37,302 nucleotides of DNA, taken from positions 1 through 37,302 of the forward strand of contig JAKQQL010000103.1 in the NCBI GenBank assembly GCA_029564175.1, written 5' to 3'. Each line of letters opens with the position of its first letter. The first letter of the stretch is position 1. The notes below the pieces were generated by a model. That model was not told the DNA's origin. It did not search any database and worked only from the letters and a program-made list of their open reading frames with translations. The position numbers and the translations under genes are program-made. Below are positions 15,816 to 25,545 of this stretch, piece after piece. The stretch is from Candidatus Cloacimonadota bacterium (lineage in GTDB: Bacteria > Cloacimonadota > Cloacimonadia > Cloacimonadales > WRIO01).

Positions 15816-18800
15816 ATGAATCGTTATATAATGCTAAGCATTGTTTTATTGCTATTTTTTCATGTGTTAAATGCTGACAGCCCATTCAAGGTTGTACAGA
15901 TGAATGAAAATGAGATTATTTTAGATTTTACATTACCCGCTTATCAGATAAATGAAGTAAATCAGAATCAACACACCTACAAGTCGATCAGGATGGATAA
16001 TGCTTTGATTCGAGCAGAGGAAGGGAAACCTGTTATTCCCTGGTTTTCAGAACAGATTGGTTTGCCTGTTGATGGTGATTTTCAAATAGAATTTTTAAGT
16101 AAAAAAGAAATATATTTAGAACAGATTTTAATCGAACCTGCACTCAAAATGAATTATAATCATTCTGAACAAAGCTTGGATTATGAAAATTATATTGATC
16201 CTGTTTATTCTTTAGATCAGTGGTATCCTCAAATGCAGTTATCAAAATCAGATTCATATTTTATTGGAGACAGTCGTATCCGGGCGTTTCATTTCAATCC
16301 CATTAGAATCAATCCCGTAAAGCAAAAGTTACAATTGATAAAGAAAGCCAGAATAAAGATTACTGTAAATGGTTCAAAACAAAAGTCTTCAGGTCGCAAC
16401 TATTCTCAAACAAGTGATAAAGCAGGAGAAAATTTAACAATAAACTGGCAGTATGCAAAAAACTGGAAAAAAGAGAGAGAAAAATCCAAAGAAAAATATA
16501 AAGCTCCCAAGAGTCTGACTCAGGTATCTGAAATTCATTTTGTGATTAAAGAAGAAGGTTTGTATAAAGTGAGTTACTCTGACTTAGCGGATTCATTGCA
16601 GGTTTTAAAAGATTCATTAAAGATACAACTGGCATACAGTTTGAGCGGAATTGATCCTAGACATCTTGAATTGTATGATAAGAACGGTCCTGTCCCAATT
16701 CATTTTGTTGGAGAAAATGATGGACATTTTAATACGGGTGATTACTTTGAGTTTTATGCTTATCATAATAAAGGAGAGACCTGCTATTATGATAATAACA
16801 GTTTAGAAAATATCTATACCTTAAAATTAGTTGAGGGAATGGGGACTCGAATGGCTGTAGAAAATGGTGGTCTTCAGGTAGTAAATCCTTCACAGTTTAT
16901 CGCACCTGATAGTTATGAACAAACCATTCATTTTGAAAAACAGATGTTTGCAGATCGTTTAGGTTATCAGATATCTCAGAAGTATTATCAGGGACAAGCC
17001 TTACGTTATGATCGGGAAGACGTGTTATTCTGGAAATCCATAACTGCTCCAGATTTGAACATTACACCATTTGAACTGGAATACCCGCTCAATGCTAATA
17101 CCAAATATTTTAAAGCGAAAGTCGGTTTATTTGGATCTTCATATAAAGAGTATCCCAATAATAACCCTGATCATCATGCGATTGTACGCGTAAACTCAGC
17201 CTTAATCAATAATAAATGGTGGTCAAAACAAAATGAATGTATTTTTGAAAATGAGAATAATACTGCCAATAGTTATTTGGTACATGGAGAAAATCATCTT
17301 TATATAGATATGCCTGGTGATGGCCCTTCAGGCTATTTTGAGCAGATATTTTTAGACTATTTTGATATTACTTACTGGCGTGAGTATAAAACAAATCGTA
17401 ATGAGTTAAAATTTACAAAACCATCCAACAGACCACTGGGTTTATATCAATTTGAAATTTTTAATTTTAACAGAGAAGATATCTCCTTGTATAAGTTAGG
17501 ATCCAGTGTTTTTAATCATTTTACGGTAAAACCCTTTACTGAAGATGGACTTGCTCCTTATTCAGTGGTATTTCAGGACCAGGTATATTCAGAAGGCGTT
17601 GAATATTATATCTGTACTGAAAATAAAAAGAAAAAACCTTTTGCTGTACGGGCTAATATTCCTTCAGATTTAAAAAATCAAGATAACCGGGCCGATTATG
17701 TGATTATAACTGCCAGAAAGTTTATGGATGATGAAGGTACTTTATTACTAAAGCAAACCTGGGAAGCCAGAAACTATCAGGTAAAAGTGGTGGATGTTCA
17801 GGATATTTATGACGAGTTTAATGGCTCAGTAAAAAGTCCTCAGGCAATTCAGGACTTTTTAAAATATGCTTATAACAATTGGCAGGAGCCAAAATTATCA
17901 AATGTCTTACTTTTAGGAGATGGGATTTTTGATAAAAGAAATGAACTGGATATCTACAAATATGATATCATACCCATAAAGAATTTCTGGACATTTAAGC
18001 ATGGTGCAACAGCCAGCGATAACTGGTATGCCTGCATAGTAGGCGAAGATCCTGTGGCGGATATTAATATTTCCAGAATCAGTGTCTATAATAAATCTCA
18101 GATATTACCGATTGCCCAAAAAACTTTGAATTATTTAGAGAATCCAAATCATGAGCAAAAATGGCGTTCAAAAGTGACTTTAACTTCTGGAGGAAAGATT
18201 GATGATGCCACAGACATATTTGCTCAACAATCAGAAAGTATCAGAAGACAAAGTATTCCTAAGAAATACCATACTCAGAGAGTGTATACCGCTGCAAAAG
18301 GTGATCGTATTGTCTATACGGGTAGTACATTTCAGCTGAAAGACAAGATTAATGATGGAACCACATTCCTCCAGTTTATGGGGCACGGGGGTGGTCGTAT
18401 CTGGTCAGACTATAACTTACTCAATGCCAATGATATTAAGACTTTAAGTAATACCTCTTATCCTTTTGTGAGTAGTCTGGCATGTTTCGCTTCTGCATTT
18501 GATACTCAGGGCTTAGCTTCGATTGGAGAAGTTTTCGTAGCAGAACCAGCGAAAGGTGCAATTGGGCATCTTGGGTTTTCCGGATTAGGTTATCTGTATG
18601 AAGATGAACCATTTGGACATTTGTTATCTCAGGGATATTTTCAAAAGAATTTTGACAATATCGGTGATGTCACAACCTATACCAAAGCTGCTTTTTATGG
18701 ACGTTATGGGGAGAGCTTTGCCGGTTTGGCTTTATCACAGGCTTGTGTGCTAATTGGTGACCCTATGATTCCATTATCAAGACCAGAGGAGTTTAATAAC

Positions 18801-20873
18801 ATATCCGTTGTTGGAAATCAGTATCATGCCAGCCCGGGAGATACATTAAAGATAACAGGTCATTTTGATAATGATGTTTACAGTGCCAGAATTATGATAT
18901 TAGATAACATGGAAATGCCTAAAAATATTCCGTATGACTTACCAGTTATAAACAACAAGCTCGATTTTGAATATGTGATTCCACAAAATTCACCAAATCC
19001 AATGGGTGGGCAGATCAAATATCTGGCTAATTCTACCAGCAGAGAAATCATTAATTCTGTCCCTTATGCCGTCGGAAATCAGATTACTCACGTTGTCAAT
19101 ACGATTCCTGCACAACCAACAACGCTTGATTCCATCCAGGTGAACGTCAGATTTATTGATTATCCGAATATTCAAAGTGTTTTTATGATGATAGACCCTT
19201 CTTATTTTTATAGTGATTCAAAAGGCATTCCTGATCAAGATTCAATATATATTGATCCTGTTATGGATATCATGAAATCTTTAAAACTGAGCTATAACAG
19301 CTCAACTGATTATTGGAGTCTGGATAAAAAACTCAGTAATTTAAAAGTAACCGGTATGGTTCAATTTTACTTTAAAGTGACCAAAACTAATGGTCAAGTA
19401 TATTATACTAATTCAAAATATGATGACTTTACTATTAACGGTTCAGATATCGCGATCAATTATTTAGAAGTGTTTTCCAGAAACAATTTGCCTGTAATGA
19501 GAGTTTTTAGTCAGAATGTGGGTAATTCTGGAAGTTTGAATACGCATATCAGACTATATCAGATTAACAGTGATAACAGTAAAACACTACTCAAAGAAAA
19601 TGAATTTTTACCTTTAGCTTCCATGGAAAAGAGGTGGGACTACATCGAATTACCTGAACTAAGTGGAGTTATAAAGTTTCAGGTATATATCAATGAAAAT
19701 AATGCTGATTTTATTGAAGTTGAGAGTCGAAACAATTTTAAAAATCTGACGAAAGAACTGAATTTGTTTAAAGCTGGATTGAATACAAAATCGATTGGCT
19801 CTTTAGATCAAAATTCATTAGTTACAATTCCTGCCAATCTTTATTATCAGGATGTCTATTTTAATTTTTCAAAGGTGACTGCTGAAACGGCATATATTCA
19901 GCCTGATATTTATCCTGTCAGATTGCTGGATTATCAGTATGAAAATGCTTACTATCTGGAGTGCTTTAATGAGAATGTAACTGATTCACTTCAAGTTTTC
20001 AATAATAATAAAAAAGCAGTTCTTCGCTTTCATTATAATCCTTCAGATACACTAAATGCATATTATGAAACTCAGAACTTGTTTGCAGTTTATCGCTGGC
20101 AAGCAGATTATGAAAAATGGATTTTACAACCTAGCTTTACTAATGCAAGTCAGAATATTGTAGAGGCTGAAGTCTCCAGAACAGGCGTGTATGCTTTGTT
20201 TAGAAATATGGATACCAAAAAGCCTGTTATCGATGTTAATGTAGAAGGTCAAGAATTTACCTTTGGTGGTTACATTTCGGGTAAAGGGATGCTCTCTTTT
20301 ATGTTCAACGATGCTAATGGTATTGATCTTTTCGATAATAAGATTACAATGTTTATCAATGGAGAAGTTATTGATGAAAAGGATTTTGCTATTTCTGCAA
20401 TTCCTGGTCACATAAACCAGTTGCCAATGAAGTATAAACTTAATCTTCCAAAGGGTGATTATACTATTTCTGTATCATGTACAGATGTAAACGGACTGAA
20501 TGAAGTCAGACAGTTTAGTTTTAAAGTCAATGATGAATTTGATTTGATAAAAGTGGCAAACTATCCAAACCCAGTTCGTTCTAAAACGATTGATCCGGTG
20601 AATGCAAACAGAACCCGCTTTACTTATTCATTGACTGATGATGCCGATGAAGTAAAGATAAAAGTGTTTACTGTTAGTGGAAGACTGGTTAAAACATTTA
20701 GAAATTTACCTACAGCAGTAGGTTATCATGAGTACCCACGAACGGTATATGCCTGGGATTGTACTGATGATACAGGAGTCGCTTTAGCAAACGGTGTATA
20801 TTTTTATAAAGTGATTGCCAAAAAAGGAAGTAAGGAAATTATTAAAAATGGAAAACTGGCGATAATCCGGTAA
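15816..20873 (+). CDS. Secreted C25-family (gingipain/PorU-like) cysteine peptidase with propeptide and FlgD-Ig/T9SS-type C-terminal domain
   Basis: Signal peptide; Propeptide_C25-like GKPVIP...IGLP; PorU-like EEGLYKVSY..IDPR...GDYFEFYA; ADYVIIT, QDIYDEFNG, VLLLGDG, ASDNWY; catalytic FMGHG (His857) and SLAC (Cys890); LIGDP; C-terminal NYPNP...IKVFTVSGRLVK...WD...LANGVYFYKV. Confidence 0.88.
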   Translation: MNRYIMLSIVLLLFFHVLNADSPFKVVQMNENEIILDFTLPAYQINEVNQNQHTYKSIRMDNALIRAEEGKPVIPWFSEQIGLPVDGDFQIEFLSKKEIYLEQILIEPALKMNYNHSEQSLDYENYIDPVYSLDQWYPQMQLSKSDSYFIGDSRIRAFHFNPIRINPVKQKLQLIKKARIKITVNGSKQKSSGRNYSQTSDKAGENLTINWQYAKNWKKEREKSKEKYKAPKSLTQVSEIHFVIKEEGLYKVSYSDLADSLQVLKDSLKIQLAYSLSGIDPRHLELYDKNGPVPIHFVGENDGHFNTGDYFEFYAYHNKGETCYYDNNSLENIYTLKLVEGMGTRMAVENGGLQVVNPSQFIAPDSYEQTIHFEKQMFADRLGYQISQKYYQGQALRYDREDVLFWKSITAPDLNITPFELEYPLNANTKYFKAKVGLFGSSYKEYPNNNPDHHAIVRVNSALINNKWWSKQNECIFENENNTANSYLVHGENHLYIDMPGDGPSGYFEQIFLDYFDITYWREYKTNRNELKFTKPSNRPLGLYQFEIFNFNREDISLYKLGSSVFNHFTVKPFTEDGLAPYSVVFQDQVYSEGVEYYICTENKKKKPFAVRANIPSDLKNQDNRADYVIITARKFMDDEGTLLLKQTWEARNYQVKVVDVQDIYDEFNGSVKSPQAIQDFLKYAYNNWQEPKLSNVLLLGDGIFDKRNELDIYKYDIIPIKNFWTFKHGATASDNWYACIVGEDPVADINISRISVYNKSQILPIAQKTLNYLENPNHEQKWRSKVTLTSGGKIDDATDIFAQQSESIRRQSIPKKYHTQRVYTAAKGDRIVYTGSTFQLKDKINDGTTFLQFMGHGGGRIWSDYNLLNANDIKTLSNTSYPFVSSLACFASAFDTQGLASIGEVFVAEPAKGAIGHLGFSGLGYLYEDEPFGHLLSQGYFQKNFDNIGDVTTYTKAAFYGRYGESFAGLALSQACVLIGDPMIPLSRPEEFNNISVVGNQYHASPGDTLKITGHFDNDVYSARIMILDNMEMPKNIPYDLPVINNKLDFEYVIPQNSPNPMGGQIKYLANSTSREIINSVPYAVGNQITHVVNTIPAQPTTLDSIQVNVRFIDYPNIQSVFMMIDPSYFYSDSKGIPDQDSIYIDPVMDIMKSLKLSYNSSTDYWSLDKKLSNLKVTGMVQFYFKVTKTNGQVYYTNSKYDDFTINGSDIAINYLEVFSRNNLPVMRVFSQNVGNSGSLNTHIRLYQINSDNSKTLLKENEFLPLASMEKRWDYIELPELSGVIKFQVYINENNADFIEVESRNNFKNLTKELNLFKAGLNTKSIGSLDQNSLVTIPANLYYQDVYFNFSKVTAETAYIQPDIYPVRLLDYQYENAYYLECFNENVTDSLQVFNNNKKAVLRFHYNPSDTLNAYYETQNLFAVYRWQADYEKWILQPSFTNASQNIVEAEVSRTGVYALFRNMDTKKPVIDVNVEGQEFTFGGYISGKGMLSFMFNDANGIDLFDNKITMFINGEVIDEKDFAISAIPGHINQLPMKYKLNLPKGDYTISVSCTDVNGLNEVRQFSFKVNDEFDLIKVANYPNPVRSKTIDPVNANRTRFTYSLTDDADEVKIKVFTVSGRLVKTFRNLPTAVGYHEYPRTVYAWDCTDDTGVALANGVYFYKVIAKKGSKEIIKNGKLAIIR

Positions 20874-20890
20874 GAGGTTTAGAGGTAATA

Positions 20891-21898
20891 ATGAAGAATA
20901 AATTATTAGTATTATGTGTTACTTTGCTCATTGGACAGCTTTATGCAGGGCGTTACGCAGGGGATTTTATGAGTATCGGAGCAGGGATAAAATCGTTAAG
21001 TATGGGTGGGGCATACACTGCAATAGCCGATGAAGGTACAGCAATGTATTGGAATGCTTCGGGTATCGCTCAAATTAGAAAGAATGAAGCCTCTTTGATG
21101 AGAGCCTTTCTTTATGACGGCTTAGCTGCATACGATAATTTCTCCTATTGTCATCCTCTTCCAAATGGCGTAACGATTGGTGCAAACTGGACAAGATTAA
21201 CAATAGATGATATTCCAATATATAATGAGAATCATTTGATTGGTACTAATATTGACCAAAGAGCTGCATTTGCAGAATTCCAGTTAACAGCAGTTCCTGA
21301 CGGTAAGTTTAAAAGTACTGATGATATGTTTTTATTTGCTTTTGCAAAGCATATTCATCAGGATGCAGATTTAGGCTGGTTTTTGTTTGTACTGCCAATC
21401 GACTATTATCTTGGGGTAAATTTTAAGTATATCAAACGACAGATGCTTGAATATACAGGTGATGGGACAGGTTTTGATGCCAGCTTTTTATTCAAAACCA
21501 ATTTAGGTATGCTGGTTGATCAGGAATGGATGGGAGAAATTGCGACTGGTGTCAATTTACAGGATATTTCCGGTACAAATATCACATGGGATACTCAATC
21601 CCGACATCAGGATGAAGTCTTGTTTAATACAAAATTTGGTTTGGCGTACAAACAGCCTGTAAAAAAATATCAAAGTAATGTAACTGTCACTTATGATAAA
21701 GACTTTGTCTATGATAAAACAAACCATTTTGGTATGGAAGTAGATTACAGAGAGAAAACACAGTTTAGAATGGGCTTTTATGATCAGAATTTCTCTGCAG
21801 GGGTTGGAGTTGCTATCTCAAGATTTAAAATTGATTATGCTTTTATTACCAATAATCTTGGGAATACTAACCGCATAGGCGTTACATTTAAAATGTAG
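20891..21898 (+). CDS. PorV/PorQ-like (UPF0164) outer-membrane beta-barrel
   Basis: Signal peptide, then FMSIGAGIKSLSMGGAYTAIADEGTAMYWNASG; amphipathic strands; C-terminal IDYAF...LGNTNRIGVTF. Confidence 0.82.
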   Translation: MKNKLLVLCVTLLIGQLYAGRYAGDFMSIGAGIKSLSMGGAYTAIADEGTAMYWNASGIAQIRKNEASLMRAFLYDGLAAYDNFSYCHPLPNGVTIGANWTRLTIDDIPIYNENHLIGTNIDQRAAFAEFQLTAVPDGKFKSTDDMFLFAFAKHIHQDADLGWFLFVLPIDYYLGVNFKYIKRQMLEYTGDGTGFDASFLFKTNLGMLVDQEWMGEIATGVNLQDISGTNITWDTQSRHQDEVLFNTKFGLAYKQPVKKYQSNVTVTYDKDFVYDKTNHFGMEVDYREKTQFRMGFYDQNFSAGVGVAISRFKIDYAFITNNLGNTNRIGVTFKM

Positions 21899-21906
21899 GA
21901 GGAATA

Positions 21907-22689
21907 ATGTATAAGTTTATGATTATCATTCTATTGGGACTACTTGTAATTATGACCGGTTGTTCTGGAGAAGAGGCTGTTGGAATCGATAAAACCCCTC
22001 CTTCAAAACCAAACATTTTTAGTCATATTGGTGATACAGGAGATGGTTGGGTGGCTGTCCCTACATTAACAGACAGCATTTTTGTTAATGATCAGAATAA
22101 TGGGATTGATGCAGTCCCAACTGGTAATAAAATCAGAATTCATTGGGACCATATGTTAGATAAAGACTTAAAATTAATAAGAATTTTCAGGTTTGCATTA
22201 GGGTATCAGCCTGTCAAAATTGATTCAATAGCTCCTAATAATGAAGAATATGAAGACGAACTGAGTAACATTGGTGATTTACCTGCATTGGAAACCATGT
22301 GGCATTATTATATTCAGGCAGTAGATCATGCAGGTAATAAGACGACATCTGATACTGTCTCTTACCGCCTGATTGAAAAGGCTTCTCTCATTTATCCTCA
22401 GGATAATGCTCAGCTGATGAACTCCAACATTACTTTCAGCTGGTATAAATTAAGAGATGTTGAGAAATTCAGGCTTATTATTTTCGACTCATATCAGCAG
22501 TATGTGTGGCATAGAGACCTTGATGTTGCTCTAGAAGAAAATATTATTGAATTAAATTATAATGGAGAAAATTCATTGCCTTCAGGAACCTATTACTGGA
22601 GGGTTGATGCCTTTAGAGACCGCATTGACGGAGGAACATTGTTTTATAGCGGATCTGAATCTTCAGAAAGGAAATTCGTCATTGAGTAA
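21907..22689 (+). CDS. Lipoprotein with two FN3/Ig-like domains
   Basis: Lipobox IMTG-C; DKTPPSKP...YYIQAVDHAGN and LIYP...ITFSW...GTYYWRVDA patterns. Confidence 0.72.
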   Translation: MYKFMIIILLGLLVIMTGCSGEEAVGIDKTPPSKPNIFSHIGDTGDGWVAVPTLTDSIFVNDQNNGIDAVPTGNKIRIHWDHMLDKDLKLIRIFRFALGYQPVKIDSIAPNNEEYEDELSNIGDLPALETMWHYYIQAVDHAGNKTTSDTVSYRLIEKASLIYPQDNAQLMNSNITFSWYKLRDVEKFRLIIFDSYQQYVWHRDLDVALEENIIELNYNGENSLPSGTYYWRVDAFRDRIDGGTLFYSGSESSERKFVIE

Positions 22690-22696
22690 ATATCAC

Positions 22697-22724
22697 TTGA
22701 CTAAAAGATTAATAAATAAAGAAT
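22697..22724 (+). promoter_or_regulatory. Putative promoter for SLBB-wzc
   Basis: TTGACT at 22697 and AAGAAT 16 bp downstream; shares AAATWTCACTTGAC context with the rpsP promoter. Confidence 0.4.
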
Positions 22725-22749
22725 GCCATTATCAGCCAGAGGAGGATTT

Positions 22750-23247
22750 GTGAAAAAAACTATTTTCACTTTCGTACTACTAAGTGTGTTCGCACTTTGT
22801 TTTGCTCAGTCAGCAGGATTGAGTGGAGGTTTATCAGGCTCGTCTGCCTACAGTTATTCAGGCACGATGAATGAACAAGACCAATTAAAAATTTATGTAT
22901 ATATTTGGGGACAGGTCTCAAAACCTGGATTATATATTGTTCCTGATGATACAGATTTAATTACACTGATGTCATTAGCAGGTGGACCGACTGAGAATGC
23001 TAAATTAAAAACAATCAGAATTGTCAGACAAGATTTTACTACCGGATCAAAAGAAATTGTCTGGGTTGATATGAAAAAATATATTGAAAAAGAAAACGAA
23101 AAGGTAGAATTACCGATTTTAAAACCTGGAGATACTATTATTATCTCTGGGACATCATTCTATGCATTTTCAAAAGTTGCAGAATTTATGTCAAAAGTAG
23201 CAATTACACTGGGTGTTTATACCACCATTAAAAATATTACGAAGTAA
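22750..23247 (+). CDS. Small SLBB-domain protein (minimal Wza/OPX-like)
   Basis: GTG start after GGAGG; signal peptide; VYIWGQVSKPGLY...LMSLAGG...LKPGDTI; C-terminal amphipathic helix. Confidence 0.8.
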   Translation: MKKTIFTFVLLSVFALCFAQSAGLSGGLSGSSAYSYSGTMNEQDQLKIYVYIWGQVSKPGLYIVPDDTDLITLMSLAGGPTENAKLKTIRIVRQDFTTGSKEIVWVDMKKYIEKENEKVELPILKPGDTIIISGTSFYAFSKVAEFMSKVAITLGVYTTIKNITK

Positions 23248-23256
23248 TGAGGGCTT

Positions 23257-25545
23257 ATGGATAACAATTTTTTAAATGATCAGGAACATTTACAAGAACA
23301 AGAAGTCTCTTTAATGGATTATGTGAGAATCATATTCCAGTATAGCAGTTTAATTATTGGCATATTTGCTTTTGTAATGACAATAACCGTTATCTATACA
23401 TTTACAGCTCCAAAAATTTATCAGGCCAGTGCAAAAGTACTGCTTGAAGAAAAAAGTGCTGGTATGGATCTGATGATGTTTTCACAGGGTTTAGGAAAAT
23501 CTTCAATCAATAACAATATTGAAATTCTTAAAAGCCGTCCTGTGGTAACGCTTGGTTTTCAGTTAATGCAAAAATACCCGGATTATGATCTTTTCCCTAT
23601 TATGAAAAGAGTTGAAGAGGGTGAAAATTATGATCCTGTCGATGCAATTATAAAGTCTGTAAAAGTTGAATCAAAGCGTGAAACAGATATCTTAACGCTT
23701 TCTTACGAATCAACAAGTCCCTCAGAAGCGATGATAATCGTCAACTCACTGGCTGATGCGCTTGTTCAACAGACAACTCAGACAGCCCGTACTGAATTTA
23801 CCAATATCCGTGAGTTTTTAGAAACACAGCTGGACGCTATTTCCAGAAGACTTCAAAACTCAGAAGAAGAACTTAGAAATTATAAGGTTGAATCTGGAAC
23901 ATTTATGCTTTCCGAAGAAACCAAAAAATTAATTGAGAAATCTGCTGATGCCAGCGCAAAATTACAAGAATCTCAGGCTGAACTAGAAGTTTCTCAGAAG
24001 AACAGAAATCATTTAGTAGATGAATTAGTCAAGCAGGATACCTTATTATCAAATGTGAGCATGGCTATTTCTACAGCGTATATTGATAAATTACGAGATG
24101 ACCTGGTCAGAAATAAAACAAAGATCATGACTTTGATGAACAACAATAATTATCCAGAAGATCATCCTGAAATAGTAAAACTCAATATGGCTTTGGATAA
24201 TGCAAAAAACAGACTGAATGAAGAATTACAAAAAGCACTTAATATCCGTACCGGTTCTTCTGATGTTATGGGTTACAGAAATCAACTGACAACTAGAATT
24301 GCTGAAGCTGATATAAACTTAAATATTGCCCAGGCTAAAGTAAATAGTTATCAGACAATTGTTGATGATTACAATAAAAAAATGAGTAATCTTCCGGATG
24401 CTGAATTAGAATTGGCAAGACTTGAAAGAAATTATCAGATAGATGAAAAAATCCATGCCTTATTAACTGAAAAGTATGAAGATGCAAAAGTAGCAGAACA
24501 GGCTAAAATGGGTAATGTTCGTGTGATTGAACGTGCTGTGATGCCAAAAGATCCGATAAAACCCAAAAAGAAAATGAATATACTCATTGGATTTGTGATT
24601 GGTTTAGGTCTTGGAATTGGTGCAGCTATGGCACTTAATTCTATGGATACAAAAATCAGAACCCTTGATGATGTGGAACGTTTCGTAAAAGTGCCTGTGT
24701 TTGGAACAATCCCATACATGAGTACATCTGATACAGAAGAAGGTCAGGAAATCAGTGAAAAATCAGGCGAAGAACTTGTCTTGATGAAAGATGAAAAAAC
24801 GAAAATTTCTGCCCGTCTGATTTCTCACTATGCGCCTAAATCACCTGTTGCCGAAGCGTATCGTACATTACGTACAAATGTTATGGCAAAGAAAAAACCA
24901 GGCCCTTTATCAATGGTGATTACCAGTTCCGGTGCCAGAGAAGGTAAATCAACTACATTGGCCAATCTGGCGATTACTATCGCACAAATGAAATCTAAAG
25001 TATGTCTGGTGGATTTCGACTTGAGACGTCCAATGGTTCATAACGTGTTTGAATTGGATAGAAATAATGGTGCTTCTGATTATTTGAGTGATGATTCTGT
25101 CTCAATAGATTCTGTTATTAAATCGTCTGCTGTTGAAAATCTGAGTATTATTACTTCAGGTGCTATTCCCCCAAACCCTTCAGAATTGATAGCCTCAAAT
25201 AGAACTGATCAGATGATTAAGGAATTAAAAGAACGCTTTGATTTTGTTTTGTTTGATATGCCTCCAGTTATTGCGGTGACTGACTCGATGATTATGGCGA
25301 AGAAAGTCGATATGCTGATTTTAGTGATTCGTGTGAATAATACTGAAAAAGCAGTTGTACAAAGAACAAAATCAATGCTCGAAAACATTAATATCAACAT
25401 ATCCGGTATTGTAGTGAACGGTATTGTCCATGAGAAATACTACCGTGGCTACAGCTACTATTATTATTATTACTATTATTATTATGGTGAATCTTCAAAG
25501 AAAAAGAAAAATGGACTATTCTCTCGATTCTTACGCAAAAATTAA
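23257..25545 (+). CDS. wzc: Wzc/GumC-like polysaccharide co-polymerase with BY tyrosine kinase
   Basis: Wzz-like N-terminus with TM, coiled-coil periplasm, P..PIKP, second TM, EAYRTLRTN, Walker A SSGAREGKS, A' VDFDLRRP, B FDMPP, C-terminal Tyr cluster. Confidence 0.93.
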   Translation: MDNNFLNDQEHLQEQEVSLMDYVRIIFQYSSLIIGIFAFVMTITVIYTFTAPKIYQASAKVLLEEKSAGMDLMMFSQGLGKSSINNNIEILKSRPVVTLGFQLMQKYPDYDLFPIMKRVEEGENYDPVDAIIKSVKVESKRETDILTLSYESTSPSEAMIIVNSLADALVQQTTQTARTEFTNIREFLETQLDAISRRLQNSEEELRNYKVESGTFMLSEETKKLIEKSADASAKLQESQAELEVSQKNRNHLVDELVKQDTLLSNVSMAISTAYIDKLRDDLVRNKTKIMTLMNNNNYPEDHPEIVKLNMALDNAKNRLNEELQKALNIRTGSSDVMGYRNQLTTRIAEADINLNIAQAKVNSYQTIVDDYNKKMSNLPDAELELARLERNYQIDEKIHALLTEKYEDAKVAEQAKMGNVRVIERAVMPKDPIKPKKKMNILIGFVIGLGLGIGAAMALNSMDTKIRTLDDVERFVKVPVFGTIPYMSTSDTEEGQEISEKSGEELVLMKDEKTKISARLISHYAPKSPVAEAYRTLRTNVMAKKKPGPLSMVITSSGAREGKSTTLANLAITIAQMKSKVCLVDFDLRRPMVHNVFELDRNNGASDYLSDDSVSIDSVIKSSAVENLSIITSGAIPPNPSELIASNRTDQMIKELKERFDFVLFDMPPVIAVTDSMIMAKKVDMLILVIRVNNTEKAVVQRTKSMLENININISGIVVNGIVHEKYYRGYSYYYYYYYYYYGESSKKKKNGLFSRFLRKN
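25456..25485 (+). repeat. (TAC TAT TAT TAT TAT)x2 encoding 10 consecutive Tyr
   Basis: Exact 15-bp tandem duplication TACTATTATTATTAT within the wzc tail. Confidence 0.9.

Noticed and set aside
25424..25510. N-terminal extension of ispE (MSMRNTTVATATIIII...) in the ORF track
   Set aside because: It is an alternate-frame reading of the wzc Tyr tract; IspE homology begins at the ATG at 25511.
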